A stretch of DNA of 64,000 nucleotides from an uncultured Gammaproteobacteria bacterium (GTDB lineage: Bacteria; Patescibacteriota; Patescibacteriia; Magasanikbacterales; GWA2-37-8): NCBI GenBank assembly GCA_964536725.1, contig CAZHYJ010000005.1:3084-67083 (forward strand), written 5' to 3'. This document shows positions 1-12,350 of this stretch, in pieces; position 1 is the stretch's first letter, and each line of letters starts with the position of its first letter. The position numbers and the translations under genes were made by a program. Below the pieces are notes generated by a model, which worked only from the letters and a program-made list of their open reading frames with translations, was not told the DNA's origin and did no database searches.

Positions 1-1035
1 TACAAAGAACACGTCGAAGAAGCAATAAAAAATCCCGGTGTGTGTGTAATAAAATATGCTGATTTTGCCAGGAACGCTTTAAGTATTAATAATCTTCCTG
101 AGGGAACAAAAAAGGATAATCTCAGAAAAAAATATGGGCCAGTTATCCAGGAAGTATTTTTGCCGGCTTTTCGTTCCATGTCCGAAAACCACCCCTTATT
201 CAATATTAGAGAAGCGCTTATTTTAGAATTAGAAAAAGCTTACAACGAACAATATTTGGCAGAAAACCCAGTTGAAACCTCCGAAAAAACAGCACAAACT
301 ATCTTGCTTGATTTTCTTGTTGACAATAATTTCCTAACGAGAAATGAAGTAACTTTAATATCTCCTGAAAAAGTTGAGGAGTTGATTGTGAGAACAGCGC
401 ATGACTATGAACATATCCCGAACGAGATTCCACAAATACAGATTGACAAAGCACGACGTATTCTCGGGCTTCAGCCGAATCTTGGTGAAGGCAGAATAGA
501 CACAACAAAAAGGAGTGAGGAAATCAAAAGGCTTACAGATGAAATGAGAAGGTATTTAGAAGAATTTAAAGCACGGTGCCCTGAGGTTTTGGGAGTGATT
601 CTTTGTGGAAGCAGAATGGACTCTGACAAATTACCTGCTCCAAACAGCGATGTAGATACTGTTTTAGTTTTAAAAAAAGGGACTATCACTGACCCTAGCA
701 CCCCGGAAGGTGAAGCACTGTTATATAAACTCAGAGCGTTCTCGGACAGTACGCCAACTGATTCAGGTTTTACCGTTGAACTAGATGAACTTTACTCAGC
801 AGATGACTTGCTGGCAAAACTTAAAAACTCGAACGACAAAAGCAAATTAACATGGGGTTGGAATCCAAGTGCAGTGAAATATATTGGAGACAACATCGAC
901 GACCTAGACGAGTTGGGAGCACAAATAAGAATTCTGGAAGGCATAAATAATCCTGGTGTAGTTAATTTAAAAAAAGAAAAGATTGCCGAAGCTAAAGAAT
1001 TAATCATTCACTATTTGGGACAGATAAAAAAATAA
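1..1035 (+). CDS. 5'-truncated protein with C-terminal DNA pol beta-superfamily nucleotidyltransferase-like domain
   Basis: Frame is open from base 1, so the GTG at 40 is probably not the start. Motif VILCGSR...SDVD matches the hG[GS]x9-13DhD NTase signature. Confidence 0.6.
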   Translation, partial: YKEHVEEAIKNPGVCVIKYADFARNALSINNLPEGTKKDNLRKKYGPVIQEVFLPAFRSMSENHPLFNIREALILELEKAYNEQYLAENPVETSEKTAQTILLDFLVDNNFLTRNEVTLISPEKVEELIVRTAHDYEHIPNEIPQIQIDKARRILGLQPNLGEGRIDTTKRSEEIKRLTDEMRRYLEEFKARCPEVLGVILCGSRMDSDKLPAPNSDVDTVLVLKKGTITDPSTPEGEALLYKLRAFSDSTPTDSGFTVELDELYSADDLLAKLKNSNDKSKLTWGWNPSAVKYIGDNIDDLDELGAQIRILEGINNPGVVNLKKEKIAEAKELIIHYLGQIKK

Positions 1036-1046
1036 TTGATAATATT

Positions 1047-1418
1047 ATGGCCCTCTATCTCAAAAATTTAGGTAAAAAAGGACGCGGGGTTTTTACTGAT
1101 AAATTAATACGCAAAGGCGAAGTAATTGAAACTTGCCCTGTCATTCCTCTTTCAAAAGAAGAGATAAAGATAATTAGAAAGACTCGTTTGGTTCACTACT
1201 GGTATTCTTGGAGCAAAGATTTAAGAACTGGCCAATGTATTGTGATGGGCTGGGGCATGATTTACAACCACTCATGCAAACCTAACGCTGATTTCAAGTC
1301 GGACATGAAAAACAAAAATATTATATACTTTGCAATTAAAGATATTTTGCCCGGGGAGGAAATAACGGACGATTACGGTGTAAGATTGTGGTTTAAAGAA
1401 CATGATGAAAATAAATAA
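1047..1418 (+). CDS. SET-domain protein-lysine methyltransferase
   Basis: KGRGVF, YNHSCKPNA and GEEITDDY are canonical SET motifs. Confidence 0.9.
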   Translation: MALYLKNLGKKGRGVFTDKLIRKGEVIETCPVIPLSKEEIKIIRKTRLVHYWYSWSKDLRTGQCIVMGWGMIYNHSCKPNADFKSDMKNKNIIYFAIKDILPGEEITDDYGVRLWFKEHDENK

Positions 1419-1420
1419 TT

Positions 1421-1927
1421 ATGAATGAATGCTTAACTACCTGCCGCGGTTGCTGTAAATTTAAAAAAGATGAAATATATTTTGCACCAAAAATCACGCG
1501 CGAAGAAATAGCCACCATAAAATCCAACGGCTCATACAAGGATGTTTTTCGTCCTTTCAAAAAATCCAAAAAAATTTTCCAAATAACTTTGATCAAATCA
1601 GGGCTTACTAAAGAAGTGTTTGTCTGCCCATATTTAAACGAAGCTACACAGGCATGTGAAATATACAATTTCAGACCATTTGATTGTGAATTCTGGCCTT
1701 TTTTATTAATGTATGATAAGAAAAAAGAGAAGATACTTATCGCTCATGTTAATAAAGAAATATGTCCGATCACTGATACGATGAATGAAGGAGAATTTAA
1801 AAATTATCTGATCAAAAAACTTGATAAATTAATGCGAGAAAAAGACGTGATCAATTTGATCAACAAATACCCTGAGTTAATTTGGGACTATGAACCCGAC
1901 ACATTCGTTATTAAAGAAATCGTATAA
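1421..1927 (+). CDS. YkgJ/FliB-like CxxCxxCC cysteine-cluster (Zn/Fe-chelating) protein
   Basis: CLTTCRGCC ... CPYL ... CEIYNFRPFDCEFWPF. Confidence 0.8.
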   Translation: MNECLTTCRGCCKFKKDEIYFAPKITREEIATIKSNGSYKDVFRPFKKSKKIFQITLIKSGLTKEVFVCPYLNEATQACEIYNFRPFDCEFWPFLLMYDKKKEKILIAHVNKEICPITDTMNEGEFKNYLIKKLDKLMREKDVINLINKYPELIWDYEPDTFVIKEIV

Positions 1928-1957
1928 GACGATTACAAATTAGTTTAACTAACACAA

Positions 1958-1992
1958 AAAAATATGCCGATCGGACTGATCGGCATATTTTT
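1958..1992. terminator. Bidirectional intrinsic terminator
   Basis: aaaaatatgccgatcgg-a-ctgatcggcatattttt between convergent genes. Confidence 0.8.
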
Positions 1993-4579
1993 ATAACACT
2001 TTCTTTAAATACTGCCCAGTAAAAGTACCAGCCTTCCGTGCCACTTCTTCGGGTGTACCAGTCGCCGTCACTTCCCCGCCTTTGTCTCCACCCTCCGGAC
2101 CCAAGTCGATTATCCAATCGGCACATTTAATTACGTCTAGGTTGTGCTCAATTACCAACACGGTATTTCCCTGACTAACCAACCGCTCTAATACCACCAG
2201 CAATTTTCGCACATCCTCGTAATGCAGACCAGTGGTCGGCTCGTCTAACAAATACAAAGTTTTGGTAGTACCGTGTTTTGCCAACTCACGACTCAATTTA
2301 ATACGTTGCGCTTCCCCACCTGACAAGGTAGTGGCTGATTGCCCAAGAGTTAAATAATCCAAACCAACCTCATTCAATATTTTCAACTTGTCATAAATCA
2401 TCGGAATATCCCGAAAGAATTCCTCCGCATCTTCGATCGTCATCTCTAAAACGTCCGCGATACTTTTGCCTTTGTAATGAATCTGCAAAGTTTCTTGATT
2501 AAATCTTTTGCCTTTACAAATATCACACCCCACTTTCACGCTGGGCAAAAAATGCATTTCAATTTCCAAATATCCCCGTCCTTCGCAGTTTTCACAGCGA
2601 CCGCCAATACCGCGATGACTACCGTCTTTCGGTGGTAACGACGGAACATTGAAACTAAAACGACTAATACCAAACCCACGCATGCGTGCCTCCGGAGTGG
2701 CTGCAAACAATTCGCGGATAAAATCATAAGCCTTGGTATAGGTGGCAGGATTTGAACGCGGCGTACGCCCGATCGAACTTTGATCGATTGCGATAATCCG
2801 ATCCAAATATTCCATGCCTACAATTTCTTTAAATGCTCCAGTTGGTTTATCTAAATGATTAAATTTGTTAGACACTGCCTTTTCGATAATATCGTGCATC
2901 AAAGTACTTTTACCCGAACCGGACACACCGGTTAAACAAACAAGCCGGCGCAGCGGAATTTCAACAGTAATGTTTTTTAAATTGTGCTCCGTCGCACCTT
3001 TGACTTTCAACTTCGGTGTCGTATTGTCCACCTTACGTCTTTTTTCTGGTGTCGCGATTTTTAATTCACGACGTAAATATTTTCCCGTCAAAGATTTTTC
3101 CGCGCTACCCAAAACCTGACAAACTGGATTACTTGCTTTGTTTTTTGATAACAAACTTATCCGTGGTCCACTGTAAATGATTTCACCACCATGCTTACCT
3201 GCCCCTGGACCAAAATCTACTACCCAATCGCTGGCTAAAATTGTATCTTCGTCGTGTTCCACTACAATAATAGTATTACCAACATCACAAAGATTGCGCA
3301 ATGTTTTTACCAATTGATCATTGTCTTTTTGGTGCAAACCAATTGTGGGCTCATCCAACACGTACAAAGCACCGACCAATCGTGTGCCCACCTGACTGGC
3401 CAAACGAATACGCTGTGCTTCTCCACCTGACAAAGTGCCAGCGGTGCGGTTTAAAGTAAGGTAATGCAAACCCACATCATACATAAACTGCAGACGATTT
3501 TGAATTTCTTTTAAAACTGCTCCGGCGATTTCTTGGTCGCGACTAGGCAGTTCCATTTCTAGTTCCGCAAAAAACTCGCGGACATTGCGAATGTTCAAAG
3601 ACACCACTTCCCAAATATTTTTCCCGCCCACCCGTACGTTCAGTGCGTTTTCATTCAAACGTTTGCCATTACATTTTGGACAAACTTCTTCACTAAACAA
3701 TTCTTTCGTTCCTAAGCCAGTACAATATTCACAATATCCATATGGACTATTAAAACTAAACAAACGCGGCTCAATTTCTGGAAAACTAAAGCCATCCTTC
3801 GGACAAGAATATTCCGTCGAGAAAATTATTTCTTCCTTATCAGGAAAAATCGCGATACACAATCCATTCGCTAAATCCACTGCATTCTCCACCGCCTCAC
3901 TCAAACGCTTTTCAACCTCTGTGGTTAGACCATCGGATAATGAAATACGATCCACCACCACCGCGATATCATGCTTGTCGTTTTTACTCAAAAGCAAACG
4001 CTCGCGCAAACTTTTAAATTTCCCATCCACCCGCACTTCCAAATATCCCGAGTTATACAAATCATACAACATTTGATAATACTCACCTTTGCGCCCCCGC
4101 ACCACAGGCGATAAAATTACTAGTTCATCCTTGCCAGCATGTTTCTTAATTTTTTTAACAATCTGTTCATACATTTCATCTGTTGTCATCTTCTCAATCT
4201 TTGTGCCACACAACGGACAATGCGGCGCGCCGATACGTGCGAACAACACGCGGAGATAGTCATAAATTTCCGTAATGGTTGCTACAGTGGAACGCGGATT
4301 GGCGCTATGTGCTTTTTGATCAATCGAAATGGCTGGTGACAAGCCGTCAATTTCATCCACATCTGGTTTTTGCATGCCGCCCAAAAACTGCCGGGCATAG
4401 GCCGACAATGATTCGATATATCGTCTTTGACCTTCAGCAAAGATAGTATCAAACGCCAAAGAGGACTTGCCTGAACCAGACAAACCCGTAAAAACAATCA
4501 TTTGATTGCGTGGCAACTCCAAAGAAATATTCTTTAGATTGTGCTCGCGCGCTCCTTTGATGATAATTTTGTTTTGCAT
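1991..4579 (-). CDS. uvrA: Excinuclease ABC subunit A, short form lacking the insertion domain
   Basis: [27 protein letters not shown] (x2), DEPTTGLH; 862 aa. Confidence 0.95.
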   Translation of the reverse strand: MQNKIIIKGAREHNLKNISLELPRNQMIVFTGLSGSGKSSLAFDTIFAEGQRRYIESLSAYARQFLGGMQKPDVDEIDGLSPAISIDQKAHSANPRSTVATITEIYDYLRVLFARIGAPHCPLCGTKIEKMTTDEMYEQIVKKIKKHAGKDELVILSPVVRGRKGEYYQMLYDLYNSGYLEVRVDGKFKSLRERLLLSKNDKHDIAVVVDRISLSDGLTTEVEKRLSEAVENAVDLANGLCIAIFPDKEEIIFSTEYSCPKDGFSFPEIEPRLFSFNSPYGYCEYCTGLGTKELFSEEVCPKCNGKRLNENALNVRVGGKNIWEVVSLNIRNVREFFAELEMELPSRDQEIAGAVLKEIQNRLQFMYDVGLHYLTLNRTAGTLSGGEAQRIRLASQVGTRLVGALYVLDEPTIGLHQKDNDQLVKTLRNLCDVGNTIIVVEHDEDTILASDWVVDFGPGAGKHGGEIIYSGPRISLLSKNKASNPVCQVLGSAEKSLTGKYLRRELKIATPEKRRKVDNTTPKLKVKGATEHNLKNITVEIPLRRLVCLTGVSGSGKSTLMHDIIEKAVSNKFNHLDKPTGAFKEIVGMEYLDRIIAIDQSSIGRTPRSNPATYTKAYDFIRELFAATPEARMRGFGISRFSFNVPSLPPKDGSHRGIGGRCENCEGRGYLEIEMHFLPSVKVGCDICKGKRFNQETLQIHYKGKSIADVLEMTIEDAEEFFRDIPMIYDKLKILNEVGLDYLTLGQSATTLSGGEAQRIKLSRELAKHGTTKTLYLLDEPTTGLHYEDVRKLLVVLERLVSQGNTVLVIEHNLDVIKCADWIIDLGPEGGDKGGEVTATGTPEEVARKAGTFTGQYLKKVL

Positions 4580-4669
4580 AAAAACGCCAAAAAGCCCCTA
4601 AAACGGGGTTACATACCAGACTATTAAAATACAAAGAACAGCTTAATTATACTAAATTAGTGTGAATTG

Positions 4670-5434
4670 TCAAGCGGCTTCTCTATAGTCTTCTTCTCTT
4701 GGACTAACAGCAACCGTGTCTCTGCCTGTAATTTTTCTTCCACCAAACCCACCTGTCTTAGAAGAGACATCTTCTACATTTTCCGTATTCACCAAAGCGC
4801 CGGAATCGCCATTAAACCACTGCCATACCATTTCAACAGGGAAAGTGTTTGTTTTCATTTCAGCACCCATTTTATAGGTCACTCGAATTTTTTTGCCATC
4901 TTCTATAATATCGTAGATATTTGAAAATCTATCTTTACCACCATCCACTATTCTAATATTTAACAGATCACCTTTGTATTTTGATTTCAATATCGAATCC
5001 AACCATTCAGCTGCTTTCCTGTCTTCTGTTTTATATTTTTTATAATACAAATCCGGATGATTATTTTTACAATCTGATTGGAGAGACAAAAATTCCTTAA
5101 CCCTAATTCTTCTTGGCGGCATGCTTTCATCTTCTTCAAAACCATCTTTAACAAGCGGTTGGACTAACACTAGATCCTCCGTTTGACCAGGCATATTATC
5201 CTTAAGCGGTGCACTAATCATTCGTCCTAACTCATACTTTCCATTAGCCGATGGTATCCAAACAACTTTCCCCATCATCGCCGTTGCTTCTCGGTAGAGC
5301 CGACTTCTTTCTCTTTCATTAACATTTTCCTCTATATTACCCACCGCCGCTGGCCTTGATTCTGGGGACTTTTCCCCTGCTTTAGCATATTTTTCTAATT
5401 CATTATAAAACCCTCCCATCATTCCTTCTCTCAT
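4670..5434 (-). CDS. Hypothetical protein (orphan inserted between uvrB and uvrA)
   Basis: 254-aa ORF, low GC, no recognised motif; ends DYREAA. Confidence 0.7.
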   Translation of the reverse strand: MREGMMGGFYNELEKYAKAGEKSPESRPAAVGNIEENVNERERSRLYREATAMMGKVVWIPSANGKYELGRMISAPLKDNMPGQTEDLVLVQPLVKDGFEEDESMPPRRIRVKEFLSLQSDCKNNHPDLYYKKYKTEDRKAAEWLDSILKSKYKGDLLNIRIVDGGKDRFSNIYDIIEDGKKIRVTYKMGAEMKTNTFPVEMVWQWFNGDSGALVNTENVEDVSSKTGGFGGRKITGRDTVAVSPREEDYREAA

Positions 5435-5477
5435 ATAAATAAGTTAAATTAACAATTTCAACATAATTACTATACCA

Positions 5478-7544
5478 CTATTTTTTTCCACCGACAATCT
5501 TGTTTTTACCCAGACCTTTCCTCAACACATCAACCTCGTCTCGCAAAATCGCCGCCAACTCAAACTCCAGATCTTTAGCCGCTTCACGCATCTGCTGTTC
5601 TTTTTCTTTGATAATTTCCCCCACCGGACGACCATCGCCCAGCAGATCTAATTCTAAAATATCTTTAATTCTTTCTTTGCCTTTTCTTTTACCTGCTTTT
5701 TCTTTGCTACCAGAAATGCCAAATTCTTCTAAAATATTTCTAATACTTTTCACGATCGTCTTCGGCGTAATACCATGTTTCTTGTTGTACGCCAACTGTA
5801 CTTTCCGGCGACGATCTGTCTCTTCAATCGCGCGTTTAATTGAACCAGTAATATTATCCGCATACAAAACCACCCGACCATTAGCGTTGCGCGCGGCACG
5901 GCCGATAGTTTGAATCAAACTAGTGGTACTACGCAAAAATCCTTCCTTATCTGCATCCAAGATCGCTACGAGCGACACCTCAGGCATGTCCAACCCTTCA
6001 CGCAAAAGGTTGACGCCGATAATTACATCAATCTCGCCCTTGCGTAGGGCGGCGATAATCTCAATTCGTTCAAGTGTTAAAATATCGCTGTGTAAATATT
6101 TTACCTTTACTTTCTTTTGTAATAAATAATCACTCAAATCTTCCGCCATTTTTTTAGTTAAAGTGGTAACCAATACTCGCTCGTTCACTTTAACGCGTTC
6201 ATCAATCATCACCATCAAATCTTCGATCTGCGATTTTACCGAACCATCTTTTTTGCCTGTCACCGGTCGGATGATCACCTCGGAATCAACCAAACCTGTT
6301 GGACGCACCACCTGCTCTACCACTTGTTGGCTAGCAGTTAATTCATATTCATCTGGAGTAGCCGAAACATATACCGTCTGTACCACCCGGCTTTCAAATT
6401 CTTCATAACGCAACGGCCGATTGTCTCGCGCACTCGGCAACCTAAACCCATGTTCCACCAAAATATCTTTACGTGCCTTGTCGCCATTGTACATCCCCCG
6501 AATCTGGGGCACGGTCATATGCGACTCATCGATCACGGTTAAGAAGTCCGGTGAACAATATTTAAAATAATCCAACAACGAAAAAGGCGGCTCACCTGCG
6601 GCGCGATTTTCAAAATGACGGGAGTAGTTTTCAATACCATTACAATAACCAAGATTTTGGATCATTTCCAAATCATAATTCACCCGACGTTTTAATCTCT
6701 CATATTCCAAAACTTTTCCTTCATCTTCAAATTGTTTTAATTGTTCTGCCAACTCCGCTCGAATCGAAAGAACCGCTTTGTCACGTGCCGCCGGACTAGC
6801 GACATAATGCCGAGCGGGAAAAATCCACGCATCCGAAACTTCGCGTTTTACTTTCCGCGTCACCGGATCCACCTGTTCAATCAAATCGATTCTCTCCCCC
6901 ACTTCGAAACGATAGATCATTTCTTCGTTCACCGGCATCAGCTCAAACACCTGGCCATGCAAACGAAAACTACCCCGTTTCAAATCACTGTTAGTTCTTT
7001 CAAATTGCATCTCCACTAATTGTGCCAACAATTCTTCGCGATTGAGCTTTTGATCAACTGTTAGATGCAAAACAATTTTTTCATATTCTGCCGGCGAACC
7101 CAAACCATATATCGCAGAAACTGAGGCGACGATAATCACATCCTTACGCATCAGCAAAGCTTGGGTGCAAGCATGGCGCAAACGATCGATCTCTTGATTG
7201 ATCTGTGCTTCTTTTTCGATGTAGGTGTCAGAGTGTGGTAGATATGCTTCAGGTTGGTAGTAGTCATAATAGGAAACAAAATATTCCACCGCATTGTCCG
7301 GAAAAAATTCACGGAATTCATTGCACAACTGCGCCGCTAAAGTTTTGTTGTGGGCGATGACCAAAGTCGGCAGCTTTACCTCATTAATCACATTGGCAAT
7401 CGTAAAAGTTTTACCCGAACCGGTAACACCAAGCAATGTCTGTTTAGACATTTTTTGTTTCAACCCTGCCACCAGCTTTTCAATCGCTTCCGGCTGATCA
7501 CCGGCGGGCTTCATTTTAGTTTGTAATTTAAAAATCTCTTCCAT
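5478..7544 (-). CDS. uvrB: Excinuclease ABC subunit B
   Basis: GVTGSGKTFT, YYDYYQPEAY, DESH, QTIGRAARN, C-terminal UVR domain. Confidence 0.97.
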   Translation of the reverse strand: MEEIFKLQTKMKPAGDQPEAIEKLVAGLKQKMSKQTLLGVTGSGKTFTIANVINEVKLPTLVIAHNKTLAAQLCNEFREFFPDNAVEYFVSYYDYYQPEAYLPHSDTYIEKEAQINQEIDRLRHACTQALLMRKDVIIVASVSAIYGLGSPAEYEKIVLHLTVDQKLNREELLAQLVEMQFERTNSDLKRGSFRLHGQVFELMPVNEEMIYRFEVGERIDLIEQVDPVTRKVKREVSDAWIFPARHYVASPAARDKAVLSIRAELAEQLKQFEDEGKVLEYERLKRRVNYDLEMIQNLGYCNGIENYSRHFENRAAGEPPFSLLDYFKYCSPDFLTVIDESHMTVPQIRGMYNGDKARKDILVEHGFRLPSARDNRPLRYEEFESRVVQTVYVSATPDEYELTASQQVVEQVVRPTGLVDSEVIIRPVTGKKDGSVKSQIEDLMVMIDERVKVNERVLVTTLTKKMAEDLSDYLLQKKVKVKYLHSDILTLERIEIIAALRKGEIDVIIGVNLLREGLDMPEVSLVAILDADKEGFLRSTTSLIQTIGRAARNANGRVVLYADNITGSIKRAIEETDRRRKVQLAYNKKHGITPKTIVKSIRNILEEFGISGSKEKAGKRKGKERIKDILELDLLGDGRPVGEIIKEKEQQMREAAKDLEFELAAILRDEVDVLRKGLGKNKIVGGKK

Positions 7545-7546
7545 AA

Positions 7547-8644
7547 TTAGTATCTTTTTTCAATCACACTCTGCACCATCCCAACCATCAAAAGATTAAC
7601 AATCAAAGACGAACCACCATAACTAACAAACGGTAACGTCACACCCGTCACTGGTAATAATCCCAAATTGGCGCCAACGTTGATAACCAACTGACTAAAA
7701 AATACCAGCGTCACCCCACTCACTATTACCGCGGCAAAATCATTATCGGAATGCCGAATAATCCGTATCAGCCGCCAAAACACAAAACCGAATAAACCCA
7801 ACACTGCGGCCGCACCAGCAAAACCTAATTCTTCACCAATCACTGAGAAAACGAAATCAGTCTGTGCTTCCGGTAAAAACCGCAACTGACTTTGCGAACC
7901 AAAACCCAAACCGCGCCCAAAAAACTTACCCGAACCAATGGCGATCGCCGCTTGATTGGTATTGTACCCTGCTCCCAATGGATCCGACGCTGGATTAACA
8001 AAAGTTAACACACGATCTTTTTGATAATCTTGCAAAAGAAAAAACCAACTAAAAACTGCCACCACCATTACCCCCACCATTAAACCAATTAAATACAATC
8101 GTCGTGCGCCGACTAGACACATAATACCAAACCAAATCAAACCAAGTATTACTGCCGAACCAAGATCCGGCTGAAACATAACCAAAACGATCGCCGCTAA
8201 AGTAATCATCCCCGTACCAAAGAAAAAAAGTGGCCGCTCAAAATGCCGACCAAAACGCGACACTACATGAGCTAAAACAAGAACCAACCCCCACTTGGCC
8301 AACTCCACTGGTTGAAAAGAGAATCCCGCAACTGCAAACCAACCACGCGTGCCACGAATGGTGGAGCCAAAAAACAGAACAGCTAACAACAAAATTAGAC
8401 AAATAAGAAAAAACCACTTCGCATAGGAACGAAAAAAACCGCTCTGACGACTGGCGGCGAGGAACATTAAGGTAGTACCGATAAGAAGCGCAATCGATTG
8501 TTTGCGAAAATATATTAATTCCTGACCACGCGAAAGATCCACGCTATAAATCGCCGCCAAACCAATCAAAATCAAAAAAAACACGGCCCCCGTCAATCCC
8601 CAATCAAAATTACGCCATGAAAACTTAGAAAAAATTCCCGACAT
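7547..8644 (-). CDS. rodA: SEDS-family peptidoglycan polymerase RodA
   Basis: QPVELAK, QPDLG, LPEAQTDFVFSVIGEE, LPVTGVTLPFVSYGGSS. Confidence 0.9.
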   Translation of the reverse strand: MSGIFSKFSWRNFDWGLTGAVFFLILIGLAAIYSVDLSRGQELIYFRKQSIALLIGTTLMFLAASRQSGFFRSYAKWFFLICLILLLAVLFFGSTIRGTRGWFAVAGFSFQPVELAKWGLVLVLAHVVSRFGRHFERPLFFFGTGMITLAAIVLVMFQPDLGSAVILGLIWFGIMCLVGARRLYLIGLMVGVMVVAVFSWFFLLQDYQKDRVLTFVNPASDPLGAGYNTNQAAIAIGSGKFFGRGLGFGSQSQLRFLPEAQTDFVFSVIGEELGFAGAAAVLGLFGFVFWRLIRIIRHSDNDFAAVIVSGVTLVFFSQLVINVGANLGLLPVTGVTLPFVSYGGSSLIVNLLMVGMVQSVIEKRY

Positions 8645-8649
8645 AGTTT

Positions 8650-9621
8650 TTAGCTAGTAGGGGGAAGATATACTGAATTGTCGTAAATGTCAATCAACGG
8701 AAACACCCTCACATCTGTCACATTTAAACCAGTAACAAAACTGCGCAAATCAATCGCTCGAGTAGTACCTGCTACAAAACTGGGCAAGCGCAATTGCAAA
8801 ACACCCATCAACGTTTCGCCCTGAAACAAACCAACAGCAAAGTTTGCTTCTACATAAGAATACGGACTGGCATTATTTAAATTAAATTTAATTATATTCG
8901 CCGCCGCGCCTTCATCAGTATTAATACTACCAGCAGGCTCGAAAGAAAAATCACTCACCTTAAAATTCAAACGCGCTGCCTGCCACGCCGTCACATCGGT
9001 AATTTGATGATTCGAAATACGACGCCATTGTAAATTACTTATCACTAGCTCCGCTCCGCTCGGATATTCTGTTTGATCATATCCTAAATGGGCAATCATC
9101 TTGGTTTCTTCTGGTAAAAGAAAAGCACGTTGTACTGGCGTCGGCGCACCATCAATATTAAAATAATAATCAAACGAAACGTAGAATCGATTGTTAGGAT
9201 TGGACACCTCACCTACCAAATCATATTTCTTTACTCCCCCTTGCAGAATCTGTGTGCCTGCAATTAAAAGCGGTGCCGGAGAATATGCGGGATGGATGAC
9301 CGTGTAATCATAAAAATACGCAAGGTCGCGATCCAATTTACTGCCGCTTTGCAATTCGTAAAGTGCCAAGCTACCACCCCTAATCAAAACATACAACCAA
9401 AAAATCACACTAAGTCCAATCAAAAACCCCACTGCCACGCGATACAACACCACCCGATTGCGCGCAAACCAAAAACCCCACTTAAACTCTGAAGTGGTAA
9501 ACTCAGCGGTTGGATCGGTATAACGAGTAAAACTTGGTTTAGGTAATTTCGAAGCGGAGTCCGGAGTAGGTGTACTAGCACTATCATTATTACCATTTTT
9601 TTGGTTATATATATTAAGCAT
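8650..9621 (-). CDS. Single-pass membrane protein with extracytoplasmic beta-rich domains
   Basis: TM segment VAVGFLIGLSVIFWLYVLI followed by a beta-strand-rich region. Confidence 0.75.
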   Translation of the reverse strand: MLNIYNQKNGNNDSASTPTPDSASKLPKPSFTRYTDPTAEFTTSEFKWGFWFARNRVVLYRVAVGFLIGLSVIFWLYVLIRGGSLALYELQSGSKLDRDLAYFYDYTVIHPAYSPAPLLIAGTQILQGGVKKYDLVGEVSNPNNRFYVSFDYYFNIDGAPTPVQRAFLLPEETKMIAHLGYDQTEYPSGAELVISNLQWRRISNHQITDVTAWQAARLNFKVSDFSFEPAGSINTDEGAAANIIKFNLNNASPYSYVEANFAVGLFQGETLMGVLQLRLPSFVAGTTRAIDLRSFVTGLNVTDVRVFPLIDIYDNSVYLPPTS

Positions 9622-9727
9622 AGAATAGATTAATTTCGTTATTACTATTATACCTCAAAAACCGTTTTTCTTAAATACACGGCCTTGCCGACCTGGAGTA
9701 TTTATGGTAAAATTAAGTCACTTTTAA

Positions 9728-11959
<2,232 letters not shown>

Positions 11960-11967
11960 AATAGCTA

Positions 11968-11996
11968 TTGACGAAAGTAGCTATTTGTGCTAAGAT
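11968..11996 (+). promoter_or_regulatory. sigma70 promoter for secE-nusG-rplK
   Basis: TTGACG-17-TAAGAT with TG extension; overlaps inverted repeat aaatagcta...tagctattt after gyrB. Confidence 0.65.
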
Positions 11997-12053
11997 ATAC
12001 GCATAAATAATTTAAAACGGCCCTTCAAAGGCTGTTTTAAAAACCTTAAAAAA

Positions 12054-12135
12054 TATATCCGCTAAAGCGATATATTCTCATTCACTCGGAAATGAAAAAC
12101 TACATTTTTCATTTCTCTCATTCATTTCGAATATG
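12054..12135 (+). repeat. Leader element F1, related to 32091-32142
   Basis: tatatccgctaaagcgatatattctcattcac...ctcattc...tcgaatATG. Confidence 0.75.
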
Positions 12136-12327
12136 CAAATATTTTCCGCGATCAAAAACTACTTCGTCAGCTCATACGCTGAAATGAAGAAGGTTTCCTG
12201 GCCAACTAAAAAACAAACTATTAACTACAGTTTGTTAGTTATTGGTCTTTCAATTGGTATGGCGGTGTTTTTCGCTGTCTTAGACTATGTCTTCAACCTT
12301 GGTATCGCCGAGCTCATTACTCGCTAA
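12133..12327 (+). CDS. secE: Preprotein translocase SecE
   Basis: EMKKVSWPT motif plus TM; upstream of nusG. Confidence 0.93.
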   Translation: MQIFSAIKNYFVSSYAEMKKVSWPTKKQTINYSLLVIGLSIGMAVFFAVLDYVFNLGIAELITR

Positions 12328-12350
12328 GCCCAATATAATTTTAAAACAAT

